Below, piece by piece: positions 7,441 through 16,380 of a DNA stretch of 25,823 nucleotides (positions within the stretch are counted from its first letter, which is position 1; every line of letters begins with the position of its first letter). The stretch comes from Candidatus Ratteibacteria bacterium (GTDB taxonomy: Bacteria; Ratteibacteria; UBA8468; B48-G9; DTJG01). The stretch lies in the NCBI GenBank assembly GCA_049971295.1, contig JBMFLH010000024.1, positions 1-25,823 on the forward strand, in the 5' to 3' direction. A model generated the notes under the pieces. It was not told the DNA's origin, did not search any database, and saw only the letters and a program-made list of their open reading frames with translations. A program made the position numbers and the translations under genes.

Positions 7441-8865
7441 ATGAAAAGTGTGGCGATTGTTTGTTGTGAATGCGTGCCCTTTGTAAAGGTAGGAGGCCTG
7501 GCAGATGTCACAGGAGCATTACTTGTAAAACTTCCAAAGTATGTTGACACAAAAATTTTCCTGCCAGCATTCAGCAGGATCACTCAAAAATATCCGTGCG
7601 AAATGATTGGCGAATGCGAAGTTTATTTTTCAAAAGACAGGGTGGAAAAGGCGACATTTTTAAGGATGAAAGAAAAAAACAATGTTTACTTAATTTCAAA
7701 CAGCCATTATTTTGATAGACCTGAATTGTATGGAGAACAGGGGACAGATTATCCTGATAATCTCTTACGATTTTCCTTCTTTTCAAAGGCAGTGCTGGAA
7801 TGCTGTAAACAATTTAGTATCAGCGTGGATGTTTTTCACTGCAATGACTGGCACACAGCGCTTCTGCCACTTTATAAAAAACTTTTTTACCCAGATACCG
7901 GTGTTGCAAGTGTTTTTACAATTCATAATCTTGCATATCAAGGGATATTTCCTTCCAGTCAATTTCCATTACTTGGTTTGGGTAATGAGTTTTTTTCTAT
8001 GGAGCAACTTGAATTTTACGGCAACATCAATCTGATGAAGGCAGGAATTATTCATTCGGATTTGATAAATACTGTCAGTCCCACATATGCAAAGGAAATT
8101 TTGACTGCTGAATTTGGTTGTAAACTTGAGGGACTTTTGAAAACAAGGGAAAAAGACCTTGTTGGGATACTCAATGGTATTGATTATCTTGTATGGAATC
8201 CAATGTTTGACGCTTCTATTTTCAAAAAGTATCGCACCAGAAAAGGAAAACTGGTTAATAAAACAATGTTGCAGAATAAGTTTTCACTTCCTACCAGTAT
8301 TGAAATTCCGCTTTTTGGATTTGTTGGAAGATTTGTCCAGCAAAAAGGGATTGATTTAATTGTTGAGGCAGTGGAAAATCTTATGGAAAAGGATTTTCAG
8401 TTGATATCTCTTGGCACAGGCGAAGTGTCATACGAGAATGCGATCACACTGCTTGTGAAAAAATATCCTGACAGAGTTGCAACGAAAATTGGTTTTGACG
8501 ACGCGCTTGCCCGCCAGATTTATGCAGGAAGTGACTTTTTTCTTATGCCGTCGCAATTTGAACCCTGCGGACTCGGACAGATGATTGCTTTGAAATATGG
8601 AGCAATACCCATTGTAAGAAAAACAGGAGGACTCGCAGACACGATTCAGCCAGTTAATAAAGAAAATAGAGAAGGATGGGGGTTTGTGTTTGAAAATGCG
8701 AGTTCTCTTGAACTTGCGCAGACAATGAAAACAGCTATTGAGATTTATTCTGACAGCGATTTTATGGAACATCTGTTCAAAAAGGCTATTTCCCTTGATT
8801 TTTCCTGGAACAAATCAGTTGAACAATATCTCTATCTTTACCAGAAAGCGTTTGAAAAACCATGA
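7441..8865 (+). CDS. glgA: Glycogen synthase (GT5)
   Basis: KVGGLADV, HCNDWHT, TIHNLAYQG, NTVSPTYAKEI, GILNGID, QKG, MPSQFEPCGLGQM, TGGLADT. Confidence 0.96.
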   Translation: MKSVAIVCCECVPFVKVGGLADVTGALLVKLPKYVDTKIFLPAFSRITQKYPCEMIGECEVYFSKDRVEKATFLRMKEKNNVYLISNSHYFDRPELYGEQGTDYPDNLLRFSFFSKAVLECCKQFSISVDVFHCNDWHTALLPLYKKLFYPDTGVASVFTIHNLAYQGIFPSSQFPLLGLGNEFFSMEQLEFYGNINLMKAGIIHSDLINTVSPTYAKEILTAEFGCKLEGLLKTREKDLVGILNGIDYLVWNPMFDASIFKKYRTRKGKLVNKTMLQNKFSLPTSIEIPLFGFVGRFVQQKGIDLIVEAVENLMEKDFQLISLGTGEVSYENAITLLVKKYPDRVATKIGFDDALARQIYAGSDFFLMPSQFEPCGLGQMIALKYGAIPIVRKTGGLADTIQPVNKENREGWGFVFENASSLELAQTMKTAIEIYSDSDFMEHLFKKAISLDFSWNKSVEQYLYLYQKAFEKP

Positions 8866-10835
8866 CCTACCTTAATATTCTCTGGCATTTTCATCAACCA
8901 TTCTATATGACTCCTGAATCAAATAGAATTGATAGTGCAACTATTACGTTCAGAGTCCTTTATAATTATTATCCAATGGCATTGATGATAAAAAACTCAG
9001 GAATGAAACTGAGTTGCAATTTTACCCCCCCGTTGATTATACAAATTAAAAAAATTGCTAAAAACCAGATTATTGATGGGTTTCAGGCATTATTACAGAA
9101 CGAAAATTCCCTGGACCTTGAAAAAATTGCAATTTTCCTTGAGGACTTACCAGCAAAAATAAAAGTTAGATATACTATTTTCAAAAAATTGATTGACAAA
9201 TTTTATTCAAAAGATATTTCTGGCTCTGAAATTTCGGACCTGAAAATGTGGATGCATCTTGCCTGTATCCATCCATATGTCCTGAAATATTTTCCTGAAA
9301 TTGACCAGTTGTGTGAAAAATCCGTGGGGTTTACCAGCAAAGACAGGCAGGTTTTGATTGATTTTGAAAGAAACGTATTCTCACAGGTTATTTCGTTATA
9401 CAGAGAACTACTTGAATCTGGATCTATTGAAATCAGTACCACTCCCGGGTATCATCCTATTATGCCACTTGTTTACGATCTTTCCATTGCCAGGAAAACT
9501 TCAACATCTCTTGAAATACCTTCCATTGAATTCAGTTATCCAGAAGATGTAAGGGCGCACATTGAAATGGGGATAGGCATCGCAACGGATGTTTTTGGTA
9601 AAAGAATCAGTGGAATCTGGCCTGCAGAAGGTTCTATCAGCAATGAGGTTCTTGATATCTTAATGGAATATGGAATAAAATGGCTTGGCGCAGATGAACA
9701 GATACTTTATGGTTCAAATTGTGAGCAAAAGGATATCTCTTCAACACTCTATAAATGGAAAAATACCTTTAACATATTCTTTAGAAACCACCATTTTTCA
9801 GACAGAATCGGATTTATCTATCATTCCTGGGAAGAAAGTGCGGCAGCAGATGACCTTGTGAAAAGAATACATGAATTTTCATCGGGTAGGGAAAAAATTC
9901 TTACCATTATCCTTGACGGAGAAAATCCCTGGGAATGGTACAGACAGGACGGAAGCGTGTTTTTGACCAGTTTTTATCAGAAGGTAGTGTCTGATAACAG
10001 TATCAAACCTATTACCTTCAGCCAGGCGTGTGAACTGAATTTCAAAACTGTATCTCTTCATTCCATACCAGCTGGTTCCTGGATGGGACTCAATTTTGAC
10101 AACTGGATTGGCAAACCGGATGCAAATAAACTGTGGAGCATACTGGCAGATGCCAGAAAAACAGCAAAGCAGCATGCCAGCAGGCAGGAAATACAGCAAG
10201 AATTAAAAAATCTATTTTTGATGGCTGAATCAAGCGATTTTTTCTGGTGGATGAGCGTTCCCGCAGAACAATCAACAAAAGTAAAGTTTTACTCTCTGTT
10301 TCGGTCCATTATTTCAAAAATTTACAAAACAAGTGGTCTGGTTGTACCGGTTGAAGTTGCAAAGGCATTTGTTCCTGCGACAAAAATCAATCAACCAGAA
10401 AATTACATCACTGCCAATATAGATGGAAAAATTACCAATTTCTTTGAATGGTCAGGCGCATCTGAAATTGATATCACTCAACTCTGGATGACATTTCAAC
10501 CATTTGATTTACCAGTAAAAAAACTTTTTTACGGCTACGATAGGGACAATTTGTACATCAGAATCGACATATCCAGAAACATTTTTACTTCTATTTCCAT
10601 TGAAACAGAAGACAGGGGTATTATTTTTTCTTACGACATCACAAAAGAGACTTTCACAGATGAAAACATTGCTGTGGACGAATGCATGGAAATTAAAATC
10701 CCGTGGGAGAAAATTGGCAAAGACCTGGTACATCTGTTGATAAGGATGAAAAGTTCTGATACTGAAATCATGATTCCGCCTGCAGGTTACATCGTTTTTG
10801 AGAAAAAAAGCTTTGATGACGAGTGGAATGCATAG
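8862..10835 (+). CDS. Glycoside hydrolase family 57 (amylopullulanase-like)
   Basis: GH57 conserved regions: HFHQPFY, EISTTPGYHPIMPL, GIWPAEGS (Glu nucleophile), ILDGENPWE (Asp), AESSDFFWW; C-terminal IDGKITNFFEW...LYIRID module. Confidence 0.9.
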   Translation: MTYLNILWHFHQPFYMTPESNRIDSATITFRVLYNYYPMALMIKNSGMKLSCNFTPPLIIQIKKIAKNQIIDGFQALLQNENSLDLEKIAIFLEDLPAKIKVRYTIFKKLIDKFYSKDISGSEISDLKMWMHLACIHPYVLKYFPEIDQLCEKSVGFTSKDRQVLIDFERNVFSQVISLYRELLESGSIEISTTPGYHPIMPLVYDLSIARKTSTSLEIPSIEFSYPEDVRAHIEMGIGIATDVFGKRISGIWPAEGSISNEVLDILMEYGIKWLGADEQILYGSNCEQKDISSTLYKWKNTFNIFFRNHHFSDRIGFIYHSWEESAAADDLVKRIHEFSSGREKILTIILDGENPWEWYRQDGSVFLTSFYQKVVSDNSIKPITFSQACELNFKTVSLHSIPAGSWMGLNFDNWIGKPDANKLWSILADARKTAKQHASRQEIQQELKNLFLMAESSDFFWWMSVPAEQSTKVKFYSLFRSIISKIYKTSGLVVPVEVAKAFVPATKINQPENYITANIDGKITNFFEWSGASEIDITQLWMTFQPFDLPVKKLFYGYDRDNLYIRIDISRNIFTSISIETEDRGIIFSYDITKETFTDENIAVDECMEIKIPWEKIGKDLVHLLIRMKSSDTEIMIPPAGYIVFEKKSFDDEWNA

Positions 10836-10844
10836 GAGGAACCA

Positions 10845-11984
10845 ATGTTGAAATTTTCAAGTTCTTTCGAGTGTGGTAATGGGAAAAACTTCCGGCAGAT
10901 TTCTGAGAATCGATATCGATGCGAGGTGGTTGGAGATAAAAAGGTTTATTGTTATTACTTCTGCTTTGAAATTGAAAATACTGGAAAAGATACTGCGTCA
11001 ACGATTGAAGTGTGGCACGACCCTGTTGTTAATGACCCTGAAGGATTCATTTCACATTTTCCAACTACAATCTGGGTTAGTACCGACGACGGAAAAAGAT
11101 TCCATGCTCTTGAACAATCCCGCTGTCACACACTGGACGATCATATAGAAATTTCGCTGTTTCTAAAACAGGGGAAGAAACTTCTAATTACAAACCACTG
11201 GCCCTGCACATATTCCGATACATGTAATTTTCTTAAAAATCTCGTAAAGGATCGAAAAAATTGCGAGATTTTCAGTTTGGGAATATCAGCGGGGAATAGA
11301 GAAATCCTGGGAATAAAAGCTGGAAATGCCAGTGGTCCGAGGATTCTATGTCTAGCAGGCCAGCATCCAGTAGAATTTTCTGGTATCTGGGCTGTAAGGG
11401 CAATTGTTGATTTTATTACATCATGTCTTCCGGAGGCAGAAGCGCTCAGGAATAAATTTATTTTTGAAATCATTCCTGTTGTTAATCCAGATGGAAATGT
11501 TGCTGGAAGAAATTGTTTTACTGACGAAGGAATAGACCTCTATCAGGTATTTGGAGATTATCCTGATAGAGAACATCCGGATTCAACTGAAGGAAAACTT
11601 CTGTGGCAATGGGCAACAGAACAAAACACAGATTTGTGGCTCAATTTTCACTGCTATTTAGGATGGAGAACAAACAGCGAGTTTCCTTATGATGGATGGT
11701 ACGAGGTTCCTTATAATGTCTTCAAAAATGATTCAAAAAGAAAAATCTATAGGGCGCTATGTGATACAATGAGATTACTGACTGATGCGCCTTCCACTTC
11801 CACTGAACCTGAAACTCACTGGCTTAACAGTTTTGAATATCAACTTGCGAAACGATTCAGTATTCCGCATGTATTTTACGAAATCAATGGTGCAACAGCA
11901 GGACCCTTTCAGTCAGCGAAAAGGGGACTGAAGGTTTTTAGAAATGCCATGAAAACACTTGAGCATGTGATAGAAAATGGATAA
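10845..11984 (+). CDS. M14-family zinc carboxypeptidase-like protein (cytosolic carboxypeptidase-like, atypical)
   Basis: N-terminal FSSSFECGNG; HxxE motif AGQHPVE; IIPVVNPDG; third ligand LNFHC; likely catalytic Glu in FYEI. Confidence 0.78.
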   Translation: MLKFSSSFECGNGKNFRQISENRYRCEVVGDKKVYCYYFCFEIENTGKDTASTIEVWHDPVVNDPEGFISHFPTTIWVSTDDGKRFHALEQSRCHTLDDHIEISLFLKQGKKLLITNHWPCTYSDTCNFLKNLVKDRKNCEIFSLGISAGNREILGIKAGNASGPRILCLAGQHPVEFSGIWAVRAIVDFITSCLPEAEALRNKFIFEIIPVVNPDGNVAGRNCFTDEGIDLYQVFGDYPDREHPDSTEGKLLWQWATEQNTDLWLNFHCYLGWRTNSEFPYDGWYEVPYNVFKNDSKRKIYRALCDTMRLLTDAPSTSTEPETHWLNSFEYQLAKRFSIPHVFYEINGATAGPFQSAKRGLKVFRNAMKTLEHVIENG

Positions 11985-14142
11985 AAGGTTGATAGAACTC
12001 CTTAATGCCGAATATCATAATCCTCATGAGATTTTATCTTGGCAAAAATCTGAAAATCAGTTTATCCTGCGCATTTTTGTTCCCGACGCAAAAAGAGTAG
12101 CCGTTATTAATATTGATACTTTGCAGAAATATAACCTTATGGCAATCAAAGGCGGAATTTTTGAAAGGTATTTTGAAAAACGGTTTCAATACAGAATAGA
12201 AGCAGAGTTTTTTGATGGCACAAAATCTTCTTTTCTTGATCCGTATGCTTTTAATACAAGCATTTTCGGAGAAATGGACCTGTATCTGTTTAACGAAGGC
12301 AACCACTTTGAAATTTTCAAAAAAATGGGAGCAGTTCATAGAATAGTCAATGGTATTGCTGGCTATAACTTCAGCGTGTGGGCGCCTGATGCCAGAAGGG
12401 TGAGTGTCGTTGGTGATTTCAATAGATGGGATGGAAGAATCCACCAGATGAGAGTACTGGGAAACTCTGGAGTGTGGGAAATTTTTATACCAGAATTAAA
12501 GCCAGGTGCTCTTTATAAGTATGAAATTCTTACTCGCGAAAGATCCCTGATATTGAAATCCGACCCTTATGGATCATATTTTGAATGCAGACCCGGTACA
12601 GCATCGATAACATGGAAAAGCGATTATCAATGGGAAGATGAAAAATTTCTTAAAAAACAAATTGATTTTTTAAACCAACCATTGAGTATTTATGAAGTAC
12701 ATCTGGGTTCATGGAAAAGAAAAAAAGATGGCTCTTTTTACAATTACAGGGAACTTGCTCCACTAATTGTTGACCATGTCAAATCTTTGAATTTCAACTG
12801 TATTGAACTGCTTCCTGTCGCTGAACATCCATTTGACGCATCCTGGGGATATCAGGCAACAGGTTTCTATGCACCAACATCAAGGTATGGAAATCCTGAT
12901 GATTTTAAGTTTTTTATTGATTACTGTCATAAGAATAATATTCGCGTCATTCTTGACTGGACACCAGCGCACTTTCCAAAAGATAGTCATGGGCTTTATC
13001 TTTTTGACGGTACTCATCTTTACGAACACCAGGACCCGAGAAAAGGAGAACATCCTGACTGGAAGAGCGCAATTTTTAATTATGGAAGATATGAAGTTTC
13101 AAATTTTCTCATCAGTAGCGCCTTGAACTGGATTGAAAACTATCATATTGACGGATTAAGGGTGGATGCTGTTGCTTCAATGCTTTACCTTGACTACTCA
13201 CGGAAAGATGGAGAATGGATTCCAAACATCTATGGTGGCAGAGAAAACCTTGAAGCCATTGATTTTATTAAAAAATTCAACACTGTGATTTATGGCAGAC
13301 ATCCGCATTCATTCACAGTAGCAGAAGAATCCACCGCATGGCCGGGAGTAACAAAACCAGTTTATCTTGGCGGACTTGGGTTTGGATTCAAATGGAATTT
13401 AGGATGGATGCACGATTCTCTCAGTTTTTTTTCAAAAGACCCCATTTATAGAAAATTCCATCTCAATTCTCTTACATTCAGTTTGCTTTACGCATTTTCA
13501 GAAAATTATATCCTTCCGCTTTCTCACGACGAAGTGGTACATGGGAAGCGCTCACTTATCGGGAAAATGCCAGGAGACACCTGGCAGAAATTTGCAAATT
13601 TACGGCTTCTTTTCGGATGGCAATTTGGTCATCCCGGGAAAAAACTATTATTTATGTCAGGAGAATTTGGACAGTGGAACGAATGGAACCATGCCGTTCA
13701 ACTTGATTGGGAACTTCTCGACAATGAAAACCACCGTGGTATATTTAATCTCATAAAAGACCTCAATAATATTTACCTGAAAAACCCTGAAATGCATGAT
13801 AACGAATCATCTCACGAATGTTTTCAGTGGATTGATTTTTCTGATGTTGATAGCACAATCGTTTCATTCTTGAGATGGAACAGGAAAAAAGATCGCCACC
13901 TTATTTTTGTTTTCAATTTCACGCCAGTTGTGAGACATCACTATAGAATCGGTGTGCCATCTTTTGGAAAATACAAAGAAATTCTCAATAGTGATTCCTT
14001 TCTATACCGTGGTTCAAATACAGGAAATCTCGGACTGGTGCAGTCAGAGAAAAAAAGGATGCATAACTTTGACTATTCTATTGAAATAGTACTTCCACCA
14101 CTTGGTTTTATTGTCTTTGCGCCTGAGCGAGGGGATAAATAA
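11977..14142 (+). CDS. glgB: 1,4-alpha-glucan branching enzyme (GH13)
   Basis: FSVWAPDA, VVGDFNRWDG, IYEVHLGSW, SWGYQ, DGLRVDAVASMLY, AEESTAWP, LSHDEVVHGK. Confidence 0.97.
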   Translation: MDKRLIELLNAEYHNPHEILSWQKSENQFILRIFVPDAKRVAVINIDTLQKYNLMAIKGGIFERYFEKRFQYRIEAEFFDGTKSSFLDPYAFNTSIFGEMDLYLFNEGNHFEIFKKMGAVHRIVNGIAGYNFSVWAPDARRVSVVGDFNRWDGRIHQMRVLGNSGVWEIFIPELKPGALYKYEILTRERSLILKSDPYGSYFECRPGTASITWKSDYQWEDEKFLKKQIDFLNQPLSIYEVHLGSWKRKKDGSFYNYRELAPLIVDHVKSLNFNCIELLPVAEHPFDASWGYQATGFYAPTSRYGNPDDFKFFIDYCHKNNIRVILDWTPAHFPKDSHGLYLFDGTHLYEHQDPRKGEHPDWKSAIFNYGRYEVSNFLISSALNWIENYHIDGLRVDAVASMLYLDYSRKDGEWIPNIYGGRENLEAIDFIKKFNTVIYGRHPHSFTVAEESTAWPGVTKPVYLGGLGFGFKWNLGWMHDSLSFFSKDPIYRKFHLNSLTFSLLYAFSENYILPLSHDEVVHGKRSLIGKMPGDTWQKFANLRLLFGWQFGHPGKKLLFMSGEFGQWNEWNHAVQLDWELLDNENHRGIFNLIKDLNNIYLKNPEMHDNESSHECFQWIDFSDVDSTIVSFLRWNRKKDRHLIFVFNFTPVVRHHYRIGVPSFGKYKEILNSDSFLYRGSNTGNLGLVQSEKKRMHNFDYSIEIVLPPLGFIVFAPERGDK

Positions 14143-15410
14143 TGGAAACGTCCCTGAAAAAGAAGTTCGTCTTTTTTTTGCTTCTCAACTGTTTTTACTT
14201 TTTTTCATATTTTCACAGGGTTGCGATTCCTGGCACGATTTTCAACGAGCTTCAGATGGACTTCCATCTTACTGCAAATCAGGTTGCGACGCTTGGAGTA
14301 CTTGTTTTTTATATCTATGGAATCCTTCAGTTTTTTGTTGGTCCATGCCTTGATCATTTTGGTACAAACAGAATATTTGTTGCCGGAGGATTTCTTCTCT
14401 GCATTGGTTCAGTGCTGTTTGCAGTGTCTCATTCAATGTTTCTTCTTTATTTTTCAAGGATTCTTGTTGGCATTGGTGCAAGCGTTGCCTATCTCGGAAT
14501 CGTGAAGAAAACTGATGAACTCTTTGGCCGTGATTTTTTCCCCGTCATGCTTGGAATCGCCTTGTTTCTGGGCTATTCTGGCGGATTGTTTGCCACACTT
14601 CCATTTGAACGACTTGTGTATACGTTTGGATGGAGACACACAATTTTCGTGATGGGTATTATTCTGTTTTTTGTGATGATAGTGATTTTTTCAACCATTG
14701 TAAAACAGCATCAGTTCAGCCATCAAGAAAATTCGTTTTCTCTGAATGATATCAGGACTATTATTCTGAACAAAAAACTATATCCTGTACTGAGTGTGGC
14801 AGCGATAAACTTTACAATTTACTTTATTTTCCAGGCAGTTATTGGGAAAAAACTTATTCAGGACGTATGTGGATTAACATCAAAAATGGCTGCTTCATTT
14901 ACATTGATTATGATGTTAACAACCATGATTGCTGCCCTTCTATGGGGATCAATTGTGCACATCGTAAAACAAAAGAAGGTTCTTGTCATCATCGTGTGTC
15001 TTGTTTCTATGATTTCGTGTATTTTTATGGCTGTGAATCTTATCTGGTACAGGGTGGCACCTGTGTTTTTACTGTGTTTTTTACTTTTTGCACTGACGGG
15101 TGGTAGCGGGCCACTTACCACAACCCTCATAAAAGAACTCGGTCCTGCCTGCGGCGTCGGAACATCAGTTGGATTTGTTAATGGAGTATGTTATATTTCT
15201 GTAGCCATTGCAGGAAATATCACGGGCTTTATTATGGATAGATTTTCATCGAAAGCAGTTGTAAGTACTGATGCCATGATTTATCCAGCTATCGCCTATG
15301 CTGCGATTGCGGGATTTTGTCTTTTTCTCAATATTGTGTCTTTTGTTGTATCATTTAAGATTACTGAGCCCGAAAGAGAGATAGAAATAAAGATACCTGT
15401 TCCACTTTGA
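14142..15410 (+). CDS. Major facilitator superfamily transporter
   Basis: 422 aa with about 12 hydrophobic segments; SYFHRV, motif-A-like GPCLDHFG, SRILVGIG, FGWR. Confidence 0.88.
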   Translation: METSLKKKFVFFLLLNCFYFFSYFHRVAIPGTIFNELQMDFHLTANQVATLGVLVFYIYGILQFFVGPCLDHFGTNRIFVAGGFLLCIGSVLFAVSHSMFLLYFSRILVGIGASVAYLGIVKKTDELFGRDFFPVMLGIALFLGYSGGLFATLPFERLVYTFGWRHTIFVMGIILFFVMIVIFSTIVKQHQFSHQENSFSLNDIRTIILNKKLYPVLSVAAINFTIYFIFQAVIGKKLIQDVCGLTSKMAASFTLIMMLTTMIAALLWGSIVHIVKQKKVLVIIVCLVSMISCIFMAVNLIWYRVAPVFLLCFLLFALTGGSGPLTTTLIKELGPACGVGTSVGFVNGVCYISVAIAGNITGFIMDRFSSKAVVSTDAMIYPAIAYAAIAGFCLFLNIVSFVVSFKITEPEREIEIKIPVPL

Positions 15411-15420
15411 GGAGGTTGAT

Positions 15421-16365
15421 ATGAGATACATTCAGTTGGGAAAAACAGATTTGATTGTTTCAAGAATATGTTTTGGTTGCTGGCAATTGTCGCCAAGATT
15501 CTGGGGAAATATTTCTATTGATGACTGGAATGCAGCAATGAAAAAGGCTATGGATGCTGGAATTAACTTTGTTGACACCGCCCAGGCGTATGGCGAGGGT
15601 TACGCGGAAAGAGTGCTTGGGGGTTTTCTTGAAAAAAACAGATGCAGAAAAAATTTGATTATCGCCACGAAATTTTACTGGAATATAGAAGATCCTTCTT
15701 ATAGATATCCTGATACAAGTTTTCAGTATATCGTCAAAGAATGTGAGGCGTCCTTGAAAAGATTGAAAACCGACTGGATTGACCTTTATCAGATTCATGC
15801 ATGGGATCCACTGACAAACCCACAAGAGGTTGCTGCAGCGCTTCTTTCGTTAAAAAAACAGGGCAAAATACGCTGGATTGGCGTCAGCAATATGAACGTT
15901 CACCAGATCAATATGTATTTGAGATACTTTGACATTGATTGCCTTCAACCATTATACAATATTCTTGACAGAGAGGCAGAAAAAGAACTGTTCCCATTCT
16001 GCCTTGAGAAAAAAATTGGCGTGATTACGTATTCAAGCCTGGCAAGGGGAATACTCACAGGAAAGTACTCAGGAAACGAAAAATTTGACGACTCAAGAGC
16101 AAATCATCCCCGTTTTACAGGAGAAAATTTTAAAAAAATCACCAGCGCCGTCAATACCATTATGAAGCCTGTCGCTGAAAAATTGGGTATCACAGTGGCT
16201 GAACTGGCAGTAAGATGGATACTAACTCATCCAGCAATCACTTCAGCCATTGTGGGAGTAAAAAAGGTAGAACACATTGAGACAGTATTACGGGCGCCCG
16301 ACGATGTTCTTGATAGAAAACTCTGGCACAAAATCGCAGATGAAATGTCAACTGCCTGCAATTAA
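15421..16365 (+). CDS. Aldo/keto reductase
   Basis: LGKTDLIVSRICFG, catalytic tetrad in VDTAQAYG / IATK / LYQIH, SLKRLKTDWIDL, GKIRWIGVSN, GILTGKY; GGAGG RBS. Confidence 0.94.
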   Translation: MRYIQLGKTDLIVSRICFGCWQLSPRFWGNISIDDWNAAMKKAMDAGINFVDTAQAYGEGYAERVLGGFLEKNRCRKNLIIATKFYWNIEDPSYRYPDTSFQYIVKECEASLKRLKTDWIDLYQIHAWDPLTNPQEVAAALLSLKKQGKIRWIGVSNMNVHQINMYLRYFDIDCLQPLYNILDREAEKELFPFCLEKKIGVITYSSLARGILTGKYSGNEKFDDSRANHPRFTGENFKKITSAVNTIMKPVAEKLGITVAELAVRWILTHPAITSAIVGVKKVEHIETVLRAPDDVLDRKLWHKIADEMSTACN

Positions 16366-16380
16366 CATCAGGGATACAAA

